DNA of 64,000 bases from Candidatus Cloacimonadales bacterium (lineage in GTDB: Bacteria; Cloacimonadota; Cloacimonadia; Cloacimonadales; JAIOQZ01), in assembly GCA_963662655.2 (NCBI GenBank), contig CAXXTU010000002.1, positions 992,001 to 1,056,000 of the forward strand, in the 5' to 3' direction. The notes beneath the pieces were generated by a model. The model was not told where the DNA came from. It ran no database searches and saw nothing but the letters and a program-made list of their open reading frames with translations. Of this stretch, positions 30,030-41,087 are shown in pieces. Position 1 is the stretch's first letter; every line of letters starts with the position of its first letter. Both the position numbers and the translations under genes were made by a program.

Positions 30030-32207
30030 TTACTTGATCAGGATCATTTTACGGCTTCGATCCAGTTCACCGGATTTGACTCGATACAAATAAACGCCGG
30101 AAGCCTGCCTGTTCCCATTGTCGTCCGTTCCGTCCCAGAGAATCAGATGCTTCCCAGCCTTCATTCTTTCGTCGACAAGGGTTCTTACCTTCTGGCCCCT
30201 GACATTATATATTGTGAGCTCCGTGTTGCTCTCGTTCGGTATTTCCAACGAGATCGTGGTGCACGGATTGAATGGGTTGGGATAGTTGGACATGAGCAAT
30301 TCGGGGCGGGGCATGTATTGCGGATCGTTATCGATCGCGCTGCAATCGAGAACTTCTATATAGGGATATCCGTTGGAGGCGTAAAGGAAATCACCCTGGC
30401 GCTGCATCTGCTCTACCGGATGACTCCGGCTGTATGTCTTGGTCAAGGCAGGCTCTTGAAGATTTGAAAGATCGTATGTAAGAATCCGATACCATTGATT
30501 ATCTGCCAGCATCAACCTGCTGCCGTCGAAGAGACCGGTATGTAGCGAACTGTCGTCATCAACAGTAATTGTGCTCATCCACACGGGAAATCCCGGATTC
30601 GAGTGGTCGTATAGATCGACAGACGTTTCACCAATGATCGCGAAAACAGCTTCTCCGAACACAACATCCCTGATGTTATCCGCCTGAATGGACGCCATGA
30701 GCTGAGGAACCACCACCCCGGAAAGATTGTAGATGTCCAGACCGTTCGCTTCGTCCCACAGGAAAAGCATGTCATTGTCGATTTTCATGTGATCGTTTGG
30801 GCCACTCATGGGCATTTCCGTGTGCAAGAGAGGATTTTCGGGATCATTGATGAAGACGATACTCAGGACGTTATCGTACGTGAAATAGATGTAATCGCCC
30901 CGGATGACGATCTCTTTCGCCTCGTCAATTACTTCAGGTGTATAAGTTGCCACTTCTTGGGGACTGCTTACGTCGCTGATATCGAAGATTCGCAGTCCTT
31001 CTGCCCCGTCACAAAGAACCACAAGGTCCTCGAAAACATCGAAATCGGAAGCAGTGGAGTAGTCGTATACCCAGGATAATAAACACGGGCTTCCGGGATT
31101 GCTTATGTCGTGAATCGAAAAATGACCGTATATGCTCACTGACCAGCTAGAATCAAGCGAGAACAAGAGATTGTCCCTGATTTCAAAGAAATAGGTCCTG
31201 GCAGAATAATTAAACAATCCTGTAATCACATCGACAGCAACAGGATCGGATGGATCGGAGAAATCGAAGCGAGTCCAGCAGTTATCCATCAATATGTATA
31301 GCTCGTCATTTTCCACGACGCACTTGTTCTCCGGTGCGGTGAAGCATCCGAGCAATTCCAGCGCAGCCGGGTCTTCCACATCGACGATATTAATGGGATC
31401 ATCGTTATATGACAGTCTCTGAATAATTGCCGTATTGTTTTCTATCGATATGTTGCCGTACGTAACTGCTATCTGATCAAGCAGATTCGGGGTGTTGTTT
31501 TGTGAGATTTCGTATGTTCTTAATCCGTTCGAGTACGATGCAGTATAGAGAATTCCATCTTGCAGGAAGATGTCGTAAGCCGAGAAGCCTAATTCAATGA
31601 CATCATGCTGTACCCATCCCGGCTGGGTGTTGTCGTATACATAAATGCTATATCCATCCAGCGCGTACGTGTAATCTCCATACAGCCTGACGGAATCCGG
31701 AGATATCAGCCCTTCGGCAAACCCGTGCAGCGTTGGTTGAACCGGATCGGAAACATCCCATCGAAGCCATCGCATGTGGTAATCCCCATCGGAGGAGTAT
31801 TGATACACAAGGACAAGCCGATCGTCGAGAACATCAAACGCCTTGAGAGAGGTAGAGCCCGAATGCCCTCCGATGTCGATCGTCTGTGAAATGACAGGCG
31901 TCTCGGGATGCTCAATATTTACGATGTAGATTTGCGTCGGCATTGTCAACGCGTACAGATAGCTCCCCTCAATCACAGCAGCGGAGCAATCGTCGATTTC
32001 AGGTATCGTTGAAATCGGGGTGGGATTCATCAGGTCCGTGACATCGTAGAGGATTAATGCTCCATCAAGGTTGTTTGCCACCAGCAAATCGCCACTTCTT
32101 GAAAGCAACGTCATCATTTCCGTTTCGGAACTGCCGGAGATATGGATTACCCCCAGCAAGCAATAACAAAACGACACCAGTAATACGATTAACAATGCCC
32201 TTCTCAT
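30030..32207 (-). CDS. Secreted LVIVD-repeat protein with sorting tail (paralog of the neighbour)
   Basis: Repeated DISxPxxP units; nearly the same length (725 vs 723 aa) and architecture as 27842-30013. Confidence 0.85.
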   Translation of the reverse strand: MRRALLIVLLVSFCYCLLGVIHISGSSETEMMTLLSRSGDLLVANNLDGALILYDVTDLMNPTPISTIPEIDDCSAAVIEGSYLYALTMPTQIYIVNIEHPETPVISQTIDIGGHSGSTSLKAFDVLDDRLVLVYQYSSDGDYHMRWLRWDVSDPVQPTLHGFAEGLISPDSVRLYGDYTYALDGYSIYVYDNTQPGWVQHDVIELGFSAYDIFLQDGILYTASYSNGLRTYEISQNNTPNLLDQIAVTYGNISIENNTAIIQRLSYNDDPINIVDVEDPAALELLGCFTAPENKCVVENDELYILMDNCWTRFDFSDPSDPVAVDVITGLFNYSARTYFFEIRDNLLFSLDSSWSVSIYGHFSIHDISNPGSPCLLSWVYDYSTASDFDVFEDLVVLCDGAEGLRIFDISDVSSPQEVATYTPEVIDEAKEIVIRGDYIYFTYDNVLSIVFINDPENPLLHTEMPMSGPNDHMKIDNDMLFLWDEANGLDIYNLSGVVVPQLMASIQADNIRDVVFGEAVFAIIGETSVDLYDHSNPGFPVWMSTITVDDDSSLHTGLFDGSRLMLADNQWYRILTYDLSNLQEPALTKTYSRSHPVEQMQRQGDFLYASNGYPYIEVLDCSAIDNDPQYMPRPELLMSNYPNPFNPCTTISLEIPNESNTELTIYNVRGQKVRTLVDERMKAGKHLILWDGTDDNGNRQASGVYLYRVKSGELDRSRKMILIK

Positions 32208-32430
32208 CGCCTATCTCCTGAATGATTGTGTAAGTAGTATGAGATGGCGTTAAAAGCTGTCAAGATTTTAATTATAAAATATCTGGAATCATTCGATTCT
32301 TTAGATTTCATACGTCTTGTTTCCCTAACTTGATCCAGCACGGAATCGATTGCAGACTGTGTGGATCGTGTAGAAACCGCAAAATCATTCCTTCATTGAC
32401 ACAAATGAATCCGATTCTCATTCTCGGAGC

Positions 32431-34644
32431 ATGAACAACCAGACATGGCATCGAATTACCGTTTGCGGCATCGTGCAGGGGGTGGGATTCCGTCCGTTCG
32501 TCTATCGGATTGCGCACGAGATGGGGCTTCACGGGGAGGTGAAGAACTCTCCCGGCGGCGTCATCATCCATGTGCAGTGTACGCCAGGCGAGGTGGAGAG
32601 ATTTATAGCGCGTATCCGGTCGGAAGCGCCGGTGGCGTCCCGTGTGGAGGATGTTCGCATCGAGCCGGCTGAAGCTCGCGACGCGGCGGGATTTCGCATA
32701 GTTCCCAGCGGCAATGACCACGGGATTACGCTCATCTCGCCCGATCTGGCCACGTGCGATGCCTGCCTGAAAGAGATGCTTGATCCCAAGGATCCCCGCT
32801 ATCGATACGCATTCATCAACTGCACCCACTGTGGCCCGCGCTATTCCATCATCCGCGATATCCCCTACGACAGACCGCTCACGACCATGCAGCCATTCGC
32901 TATGTGCGATTACTGCAACAGTGAGTACACCGATCCGCTCAACCGCAGATTCCACGCGCAGCCTGTGGCGTGCCCGGAGTGCGGCCCCGCGCTACAACTG
33001 ATAAGCGAGGATGGAGATAAAATCGACGGAGATCCCGTCGAGAAAACGATCGAGCTGATTCTGGAGGGGAGAATCGTCGCGATCAAGGGAATCGGGGGCT
33101 TCCACCTTGCGTGCGATGCGCGCAACGAGCATGCTGTCAGGCGACTCCGCACGATGAAGCAGCGTCCCCACAAACCTTTTGCGGTGATGGCTCTGCCGGA
33201 ATGGGCGGGTAACGTCGCTGTGATCGATGAAGAGGCCGACAAACTGCTTCGCTCGACGCCTGCTCCAATTGTCATTCTCCCCAAGACGGATCGCTGCAAG
33301 CTGGCGGTAACGGTGGCGCCCGGATATCCCAACGTGGCTTTACTCTTTCCTTACGCTCCGGTTCACTGGCTGCTGCTGAACGACGACAATCCCTGCATGG
33401 TGATGACATCCGCCAACCGTAAGGGAGAACCCATCGCGAAAGAGGAGCGGGAAATCGCGGGTCTCTACGACGCATGCCTGACGCACGACCGCGCCATCCT
33501 AAATCCCTGCGACGACTCGGTTGTACGCCCCTATTCGAGTGGAACAACGCTCTTGAGAAGATCACGCGGCTATATTCCCGAACCGCTCGACATCCCCTTC
33601 GACATCCCGCCTGCCCTCGCCGTTGGCGCGGAGTTGAAAGCCGCCTTCGCGATTGGCAGCGGAAGGCGAGTTTTTCTGTCACCTTATCTGGGGAATGGGG
33701 CCAGTCGCGGTATGGAAAGATTTTTTGTGGAAACGCTGGAGAATTACAAACGCTGGTTTCGCGTGGTGCCGGAGATTGTCGTTTGCGACCGCCACCCTGA
33801 CTATTTCAGCAGTCGCTTTGCGCGCGAGACGGGACTACCGCACATCGAGGTGCAGCATCACCATGCCCATATCGCGGCAGTCATGGCGGAGCACGGTCTG
33901 GACGAATCGGTGATTGGCGTCGTTTACGACGGCACCGGCCTCGGTGACGACGGAACGATCTGGGGCGGCGAGATCATGCTGGCCGATTATTCGCAGTGCG
34001 AGAGGAAGTTTCACTTGATTCCCATGCCCCTCCCCGGGGGCGACGCTTCGGTCTTACGCCCTCAGCGAGCCGCGTTCGCCTGGCTGGATGGAGCGGATGA
34101 TTTCGGGCTGAGCGAAACGGAACGCAGAGTCGTCGAGCGACAGATCGCATCTGGATTCAACACGCCGCTATCCAGCGGAATGGGCAGGCTCTTCGATGTG
34201 GCCTCCGTTCTTCTGGGCTTTCGCGAGGCGATAACATTCGAAGCGCAGGCGGCAATGCAGTTGGAGAACCTCTGCAACAATGCCCTGCTCGAAACGGAGC
34301 CATACGACTACGGAATCGATTCGGGCGTTATCGATCATCGCAACATGCTTCATCAAATCCAGGTCGATGCTCGGGAGGGAGTCGCTAAAAACGTCATCGC
34401 CAGCCGGATGCATCGCACGATCGTTCACTGGACGCTCGAAGCGGTGAAACGTGTATACGTCGAATCGAGCGTACGGAAGATCGTCCTCTGCGGAGGCGTG
34501 ATGCAGAACAGGATTTTAATGGAAGGCTTGACAACTGAATTGTTTTCAGCAGGATTTGACGTATATCGCTCAGAGAAATATCCTTCGAACGATGGCGCGA
34601 TCGCCTTGGGGCAGATCGCCATCGCTGGAAAAGCAAAGAGGTAA
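32431..34644 (+). CDS. hypF: Carbamoyltransferase HypF
   Basis: GIVQGVGFRPF, two CxxC-x18-CxxC zinc fingers, KGIGGFHL, QHHHAH, DGTGLG and NDGAIALGQ. Confidence 0.96.
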   Translation: MNNQTWHRITVCGIVQGVGFRPFVYRIAHEMGLHGEVKNSPGGVIIHVQCTPGEVERFIARIRSEAPVASRVEDVRIEPAEARDAAGFRIVPSGNDHGITLISPDLATCDACLKEMLDPKDPRYRYAFINCTHCGPRYSIIRDIPYDRPLTTMQPFAMCDYCNSEYTDPLNRRFHAQPVACPECGPALQLISEDGDKIDGDPVEKTIELILEGRIVAIKGIGGFHLACDARNEHAVRRLRTMKQRPHKPFAVMALPEWAGNVAVIDEEADKLLRSTPAPIVILPKTDRCKLAVTVAPGYPNVALLFPYAPVHWLLLNDDNPCMVMTSANRKGEPIAKEEREIAGLYDACLTHDRAILNPCDDSVVRPYSSGTTLLRRSRGYIPEPLDIPFDIPPALAVGAELKAAFAIGSGRRVFLSPYLGNGASRGMERFFVETLENYKRWFRVVPEIVVCDRHPDYFSSRFARETGLPHIEVQHHHAHIAAVMAEHGLDESVIGVVYDGTGLGDDGTIWGGEIMLADYSQCERKFHLIPMPLPGGDASVLRPQRAAFAWLDGADDFGLSETERRVVERQIASGFNTPLSSGMGRLFDVASVLLGFREAITFEAQAAMQLENLCNNALLETEPYDYGIDSGVIDHRNMLHQIQVDAREGVAKNVIASRMHRTIVHWTLEAVKRVYVESSVRKIVLCGGVMQNRILMEGLTTELFSAGFDVYRSEKYPSNDGAIALGQIAIAGKAKR

Positions 34645-34646
34645 CC

Positions 34647-34874
34647 ATGTGTCTGGCAATTCCAGGTAAAATCGTCGCAACCGGTGCCGAAAGCGGCACC
34701 GTAGATTTCGGAGGCGTTCATCGCGAAATCTCGCTGGTCTTCGTCCCGGAAGCAGTAACCGGCGACTGGGTGCTGGTGCACACCGGCTACGCCATGAGCA
34801 TCCTCTCCGAGCAGGAGGCCCTCGAAACCATTAGCCTGATCGAAGCGCGCTATGGAACAGCCTCCCTTTCCTGA
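34647..34874 (+). CDS. hypC: Hydrogenase chaperone HypC
   Basis: MCLAIPG...GDWVLVHTGYA. Confidence 0.95.
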   Translation: MCLAIPGKIVATGAESGTVDFGGVHREISLVFVPEAVTGDWVLVHTGYAMSILSEQEALETISLIEARYGTASLS

Positions 34875-35919
34875 GAAAGCATTCCGCGATCCCGCGAAGG
34901 TACGTGCTGTTGTAAATCAGCTTCACAAGAATCAAGTTTCCGCGCGCATCATGGAAGTGTGCGGAACGCATACCATGTCAATAGGCAAATGGGGGTTACG
35001 TAAAATGCTCCCCGATTCGATCCGGCTCATCTCCGGCCCGGGCTGCCCCGTCTGCGTTACACCATCATCTTTTATCGACGCGCTGGCCGGAATATCGGGG
35101 GCGACAATATGCGTGTTCGGCGACCTGATGCGCGTGCCGGGTAACCTTGGAACGATCGAGGACGCGCGCTCCCGTGGAAGAGACATCCGTATGATCTATT
35201 CTCCGCTGCAAGCGCTCGAGATCGCCCGTGAAAGGGAGGTCATGCTGGCTGCCATTGGATTCGAGACAACCATTCCCGGAATCGCCCACACGATTGTCTC
35301 CGCTGCGGAAGAGGGGATCGAAAACTTCTCCGTGCTGTGCTCGCTCAAGCAGATTCCACCGGCGTTGAATGCCTTGCTGCGAAGCGAGGAGGTCCGGGTG
35401 GACGGATTCATTCTGCCCGGTCATGTCTGCACCGTCCTGGGCGTTGAGCCTTTTGAATTCCTACCCGAGGAGTTCGGCGTGGGGGGCGTTATCACCGGCT
35501 TCGAGCCGCTGGATATTCTCGATTCGATTTCCCTAATCATCGGCATGCGAGAATCTCCCGGGATTCACAACCGATATACAAGAGTCGTTTCGTCGGCTGG
35601 AAATCCCCACGCGAGGAGGATGATCGACGAGGTCTTCGAGACGGACGACGCGCTCTGGCGCGGCTTGGGGATGATTGAGAATTCAGGCTACTCGCTCCGA
35701 GAGAAGTACAGCAGATTCGATGCACGACGCAAGTACAACATCGCGATTACCGAAGCAAGCGAACCCGTTGGCTGCCGTTGCGCCGATGTCCTGAAGGGAA
35801 TCATAACACCGGAGCAATGCCCGTTGTTCGCGAAAACCTGCTCGCCGCAAAATCCGGTGGGACCGTGCATGGTCTCCTCCGAAGGAAGCTGCGCAGCCTA
35901 TTACCGCTATGAAAGATGA
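34852..35919 (+). CDS. hypD: Hydrogenase formation protein HypD
   Basis: MEVCGTHT, GPGCPVCV, GFETT, PGHV and GPCMVSSEGSCAAYY. Confidence 0.96.
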   Translation: MEQPPFPEKAFRDPAKVRAVVNQLHKNQVSARIMEVCGTHTMSIGKWGLRKMLPDSIRLISGPGCPVCVTPSSFIDALAGISGATICVFGDLMRVPGNLGTIEDARSRGRDIRMIYSPLQALEIAREREVMLAAIGFETTIPGIAHTIVSAAEEGIENFSVLCSLKQIPPALNALLRSEEVRVDGFILPGHVCTVLGVEPFEFLPEEFGVGGVITGFEPLDILDSISLIIGMRESPGIHNRYTRVVSSAGNPHARRMIDEVFETDDALWRGLGMIENSGYSLREKYSRFDARRKYNIAITEASEPVGCRCADVLKGIITPEQCPLFAKTCSPQNPVGPCMVSSEGSCAAYYRYER

Positions 35920-36892
35920 TACGATAAAACTCAGCCACGGAAGCGGCGGCAACATGACGCGTCGGCTGATCGACGAAGTGATGAACGACCGCTTTCAGAT
36001 GCCGTCCCTCAGCGATTCCGCGCTGATCGGCGGAAGAATGGTCTCCACCATTGACGCCCATGTCGTCAAACCGCTCTTCTTCCCCGGAGGCGATATTGGC
36101 CGCCTCAGCGTGACCGGAACCGTTAACGACCTCGCCGTTGCAGGCGCAAAACCGCTCTCGATCTTCATCGCGTACATCATCGAGGAAGGATTTCCCATCG
36201 AGCAGCTCCGTAGGATCACCGATTCGGTACAAAGAGCCGCACTGGAGGCCGGTGTCAAAATACTCGGCGGAGACACCAAGGTGGTGGAACACGGCAAGGC
36301 GGACGGGCTCTATCTCATCACCTCCGGAATCGGAATGCTACACGAAGGCTACCACCCGAACGGTTGCACGATTCGCGATGGCGACCACGTCATCGTCAGC
36401 GGAACGCTGGGCGACCACGCGATTGCGGTAATCAACGAGCGGGAATCCCTCGGACTAACCCCACCGCCCGAGAGCGATTGCGCGCCGCTCAATCACCTGA
36501 TATCCACGATGCTTGAATGCGCCGACATCCGGTTCATGCGAGATCCCACGCGCGGTGGACTCGCCACCGTACTCAACGAAATCGCTCAAGACCAGCATCA
36601 GGGATTCCTACTGCGAGAGGACGCCATTCCCTTCAAACCATCGATCCGAGCAGCCTCGGGACTCCTGGGCATCGATCCGCTCTACCTGGCCAACGAGGGC
36701 AAGGTCGTCGCGATCGTTCGCGGCGAGGTGGACAAGCTCATCGCCCGGATGCGCAAGCACCCATTGGGGAAAGACGCCGCGGTCATCGGGGCGGTGACCG
36801 GCGAGGCCGGGAGAGTGTATCTCGAAACGGCGATCGGGAGCGTTCGTCAGCTCCCCATGCTGGAATCGGATCCCCTGCCGAGGATTTGCTGA
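35909..36892 (+). CDS. hypE: Hydrogenase expression/formation protein HypE
   Basis: SHGSGG, GTVNDL, GDTKVV, RDPTRGG and C-terminal LPRIC. Confidence 0.96.
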   Translation: MKDDTIKLSHGSGGNMTRRLIDEVMNDRFQMPSLSDSALIGGRMVSTIDAHVVKPLFFPGGDIGRLSVTGTVNDLAVAGAKPLSIFIAYIIEEGFPIEQLRRITDSVQRAALEAGVKILGGDTKVVEHGKADGLYLITSGIGMLHEGYHPNGCTIRDGDHVIVSGTLGDHAIAVINERESLGLTPPPESDCAPLNHLISTMLECADIRFMRDPTRGGLATVLNEIAQDQHQGFLLREDAIPFKPSIRAASGLLGIDPLYLANEGKVVAIVRGEVDKLIARMRKHPLGKDAAVIGAVTGEAGRVYLETAIGSVRQLPMLESDPLPRIC

Positions 36893-37242
36893 TGCACGAG
36901 GCTTCCATCGTTCAATCCATCTTCGAATCGACTGCCGAAAGCATGAGGAAGGAGGGATTATCCCGCGTGACACGCATCAAAATCGCTGTCGGCGGAATGC
37001 ACCACCTCGTGCCGGAGGTCATGAACCACTACTTTGACCTGATGAAGCAGGAGTGGAGCGGCTTCGAAACCGCAATACTGGTTATGGATATCATCGATGT
37101 GAAGGTGCGTTGCAGAAAATGCGGATGGTTTGGCCCGGTGGAACCTCCCATCTTCATGTGCGAACATTGCAATTCATTCGAAACAGACATGATACAGGGG
37201 AAGGAGCTGCTCATCGAGTCCATCCGGGGCGAGGCAGACTAA
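36892..37242 (+). CDS. hypA: Hydrogenase nickel metallochaperone HypA
   Basis: True start MHEASI at ATG 36892 (TGATG overlap with hypE); CRKC...CEHC; GKELLIESI. Confidence 0.92.
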   Translation: MHEASIVQSIFESTAESMRKEGLSRVTRIKIAVGGMHHLVPEVMNHYFDLMKQEWSGFETAILVMDIIDVKVRCRKCGWFGPVEPPIFMCEHCNSFETDMIQGKELLIESIRGEAD

Positions 37243-37344
37243 CATCTTTTTAACTTTTGCGCAATTCGCTCAAATAACTTTACAACTCTGCGTCGTTTGC
37301 CAATATGGCATTCTTGAGTAAATCAAAATCAAATGGAGGTACTT

Positions 37345-38814
37345 GTGAAATACCATTGGTCAGATACCTATAAGGATCAGGAAGTCATGGTTGTTTTCGG
37401 GTTTAACGATTACCGCCTGGATACAACGAACTTTCCCGAATCTCTCATGAAAGCCATCAATCGTCTCGCGGCAGATAAGGACTGGAAGTGGGACGCAGGC
37501 GAAACGAAAACGTTCAATCTTATCGATCCGGCAATAACCATCCATGCGATCGGCTTGGGTAAAAAGGAAGAAACAAACGGTTTCAAGCTCCGTAAAGCCG
37601 CGGCCCATCTCGCGAAGAGACTGAAGAAAGAGCGGAACGCGTCCGCAGCGATTTTCCTCAATAATCTCTCAGTGAAAAGCCCGGCAGCCGAAGCAGCACG
37701 TCTGATCGCCGAGTCGATGGGAATCGCCGTATATGAGTTCAAGAAATACAAGACCAAGAAAGATGACGAAAAGAAAGCCAAGGCTTGCGATGTCACCTTC
37801 GTCAGCAGTGAGAAGATTCCAGCGACTGTTCTGAAGGAAGCCGAGATCGCTGTCAAGGCGACCAATCTTGCTCGCGATCTCGTGAACGAACCCGCGAATG
37901 AACTTCTGCCGGTCGAGCTGGCGGATCGCGCTGTGAAAGCGGGAAAGGATCACGGATTCGAGGTTGCTGTTTTCGACGAAAAGGAAATCCGGAAAATGAA
38001 GATGGACGCCTTCTGGTCGGTAGCGATGGGCTCGGACAATCCCCCGCGCCTCATCGTCATGCGCTGGCTGGGCAACGACAAGGATAAAGAAAACATCACC
38101 GCGCTGGTGGGAAAAGGTCTCACCTACGATAGCGGCGGATACGCGTTGAAGCCTGCTACCGGAATGGTCACGATGAAAGGCGACATGGGCGGATCGGCCT
38201 CGGTCATCGGCGCGATGTGCATGATCGCCAAGCTCAAGCTCAAGATTAACGTCGTCGGCGTTGTCGCAGCATGCGAGAACATGGTTTCGGGCCGCGCATA
38301 CCGCAATGGCGACATCATCGGCTCCATGGCAGGGAAGACAATCGAAGTCGGCAACACGGACGCCGAAGGGCGCCTCACGCTGGTTGATGCCGTTACGTAC
38401 GCCATCGAGAAAGAGAAGGCCACGCGCGTTGTTGACATCGCGACCCTCACCGGCGCTGCCGTCATCGCGTTGGGCAACATTCGCATCGGCGTTCTCAGCA
38501 ACAACGACGAGCTCTACCAGACGCTCGAAAAAGCCTCCGATTTCAGTGGAGAACGCATCTGGCGTCTCCCCCACGACGACGAATATCGCGATCAGCTCAA
38601 GTCCGATATCGCCGACCTCAAGAACGTCGGAGGTCGCGGAGCAGGAACCGTCACCGCGGGGCTCTTCATCCGCGATTTCGTGCAGGACAAGCCCTGGCTC
38701 CATCTGGATATCGCCGGGAAAGCCTTCGCCGACAACGATAACACGTTCGGACCCGCCGGCGGAACAGGAAGCGGCGTGCGCTTGCTGTATTCCCTGGTGA
38801 AAAATCTCGTATAA
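37345..38814 (+). CDS. pepA: Leucyl aminopeptidase (M17)
   Basis: GKGLTYDSGG, MKGDMGG, NTDAEGRL and HLDIAG. GTG start after GGAGG (alternative ATG 37333). Confidence 0.95.
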   Translation: MKYHWSDTYKDQEVMVVFGFNDYRLDTTNFPESLMKAINRLAADKDWKWDAGETKTFNLIDPAITIHAIGLGKKEETNGFKLRKAAAHLAKRLKKERNASAAIFLNNLSVKSPAAEAARLIAESMGIAVYEFKKYKTKKDDEKKAKACDVTFVSSEKIPATVLKEAEIAVKATNLARDLVNEPANELLPVELADRAVKAGKDHGFEVAVFDEKEIRKMKMDAFWSVAMGSDNPPRLIVMRWLGNDKDKENITALVGKGLTYDSGGYALKPATGMVTMKGDMGGSASVIGAMCMIAKLKLKINVVGVVAACENMVSGRAYRNGDIIGSMAGKTIEVGNTDAEGRLTLVDAVTYAIEKEKATRVVDIATLTGAAVIALGNIRIGVLSNNDELYQTLEKASDFSGERIWRLPHDDEYRDQLKSDIADLKNVGGRGAGTVTAGLFIRDFVQDKPWLHLDIAGKAFADNDNTFGPAGGTGSGVRLLYSLVKNLV

Positions 38815-38875
38815 TCTACAATAACTTAAATATATTAAAACCTGCCGTAGTTGCTGCGGCAGGTTTTTTCAATCT
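38775..38875 (+). repeat. Direct repeat copy A (pepA 3' end plus terminator)
   Basis: cttgctgtattccctggt...aatctcgtataatctacaataact...cctgccgtagttgctgcggcaggttttt recurs at 43516-43612. Confidence 0.9.
38837..38869 (+). terminator. pepA intrinsic terminator (possibly bidirectional)
   Basis: aaaacctgccgtag-ttg-ctgcggcaggtttttt. Confidence 0.85.
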
Positions 38876-38919
38876 ATTGATGTCCCTGAACAGTTAGCAT
38901 CGAGTTTCGTCAACGAGTG

Positions 38920-38948
38920 AAAAGGCTCCGAGTCACTTCGGAGCCTTT
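38920..38948 (-). terminator. Intrinsic terminator for the minus-strand sorting-tail gene
   Basis: aaaggctccga...tcggagccttt hairpin just past stop 38985. Confidence 0.7.
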
Positions 38949-38984
38949 CATTATGTCCAGGTTATCGATGAAGATATCCTGGGT

Positions 38985-41077
38985 CTATTTCAATAGCAGC
39001 ATCTTCTGTGCCTTCGATTTTCCGCAGGACTCCAGCCGGTACAGATAGATGCCCGACGACACGTTTTTGCCGCACTCGTTGTCGCCGTTCCAGATGGCCT
39101 TGTGCGATCCGGCTTCGAGGTGATCGTTCACCAACGTTTTCACCAATTGACCTTTGATGTTATACACCTTCAACACGACTTTGTCGTCCTTCGGGATCGA
39201 GAACGAGATCGTCGTGGTAGGATTGAAGGGGTTGGGGAAATTCTGCGCCATGGTGATGGTGTATTGCTGGATGAGGTTGTCGTAGTCGTGCGCGTCAAGG
39301 CTTTGCATGGCGATGTCGCGGTAGGTCGGAGAACCTTGTTCGACCACGATGCCGCTGAACTGCTGGTCTTCGTAATAAAAGCGTTCAACGTTGAGCGTGA
39401 AGACGCCCGGCCCGGTCAGGATTCGGAACCAGCCGGTGCTGTCGCTCCACTCGGGGAACTGCACGCCATCGACGGTGATCTTCGCGATATCCAGCGGCGT
39501 AACGCCGTCTTCCTCGTACACGTAGCCTTCGATACCGCCCCAGAAGGGTGCGCCGTACTCGTAAGCGCCAATATCGATGGTGGCCACGCCGTCGCCGTCG
39601 CCGTCCCATACGCGCACGTTGCCCAGAATATCCGTGGGCGGATAATTCCCGTCCGGCATACCGGCGTCGATGCACGGACTGCCCTCCGCCAGGCTGTAGT
39701 CGCCGTTCAGCGTATCCGCGAACATCGGATCGTCCCCGATGATGTTGCCGCCGCCGTCGGTGACGAAATCAGGGAATGGATGGTTCATGAAATTATAGCT
39801 CAGGATCGTCTCTGGACCACCCCACGCCATTGTTTCTGCTGTGGCGCATAGAATATTATTGTACACTAAGTAATCGTAGGACTCGGTTCCGAAACAGGAT
39901 GTATAATTGGTGTTATATGTGTTATTAAACATAGTGCAGTCGGCAAAAGTTGGATACAAAAACGAATAACCGGTGAACAGATTATTGTATATAACATTGG
40001 GATTTTCTGGTTGATAAAATGTATCGCTGGACGATGTATACACCACATTGTTACACACAATCGTCGAATCGGCATTGCGATCGTTAATATCGACATTTCC
40101 ATAGAAGATATTGTCGGAAATGACGTGATTATCTGTACATGAAGTCGTCATGGGATTACCGGTAGATGTGTCGTAAATGTAATTCTTCCTGGAGTAGCTC
40201 ATATTATCTGGATACCCACCACCTCCACATGCGCTCCAGTTAATGAACACTCCGCCATATACGCACCTGAACGATTGATTTCTTTGGGAATCCTCCTCTT
40301 CCGGAAGAACCAAGTCGTAATCTTCGTAATTGTTGTGGTAATTAAAAACCAGCTGATTGATTAGCCCCCCCCCTGAAATGATCCTGCTCCAAAAGGAAAA
40401 GAAATGTTTACAAAGCGACACCTGGCAGCAATAAGTTGCGGTCTTATTTCGGTATCCGAAACGCCATTAGCAATGATTCCTAAATAACAGCTATCATCGG
40501 CGAATTGAGCTTCTTCGGTTGCCTCGAATGCACATCTATAAATCATGGTATCGTTGTGAAGATCATAACAATAAATACCTGTCTGGCAATTCGTGAAGGA
40601 GCAGTACTCAATTCGAGGGTCACCGGAATCGACACAAATTGCACCAACCGAATCCAAACCTCCAGGAACGACATTTTGGTAAGCGCTATAAAAATCACAA
40701 TACTTGAAAACAGGAGCTTCTGCGCCTTCAAGAATAAAGATACCGCCCCATGCATAACCTTCTGTATCGGGGTATCGTGTGAATGTTATCGGTTCTTCTT
40801 CGGTACCGATCGCTACGATCTTACCGGTGATATAGAATATCTTCGCTTCCGCCTCTCCGCTATTGTCAACTCTGAATTCTTGATAGTTTTGTGCCGGCCT
40901 GGCCCTCATTTGAATATCGCATCCAGGAAGAATTGTAAGGGTTGCGTTTGAATGGACATAGACGTTTTCTTCGAAGATATACGGATTGCTTCTGCGATCC
41001 CAAACGGTGTCCTCGTAGATGTGAAGCGCGTGCAGGAGTGTGATTGAGAGCAGGAAGAGTAGCAGTGTGCGTTTCAT
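38985..41077 (-). CDS. Secreted beta-helix / carboxypeptidase-regulatory-like protein with sorting tail, interrupted at a G9 tract
   Basis: ATG 41077 with GGAGG RBS and signal peptide; stop immediately after the G9 tract (40365-40373). The downstream frame continues through SPCIDAG...DIGAYEY to the tail. Confidence 0.75.
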
Positions 41078-41087
41078 TGGGGCCTCC

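Noticed and set aside
36517..36891. N-terminal extension of the hypA ORF in the track
   Set aside because: It overlaps hypE out of frame; HypA begins at the canonical MHE at 36892.
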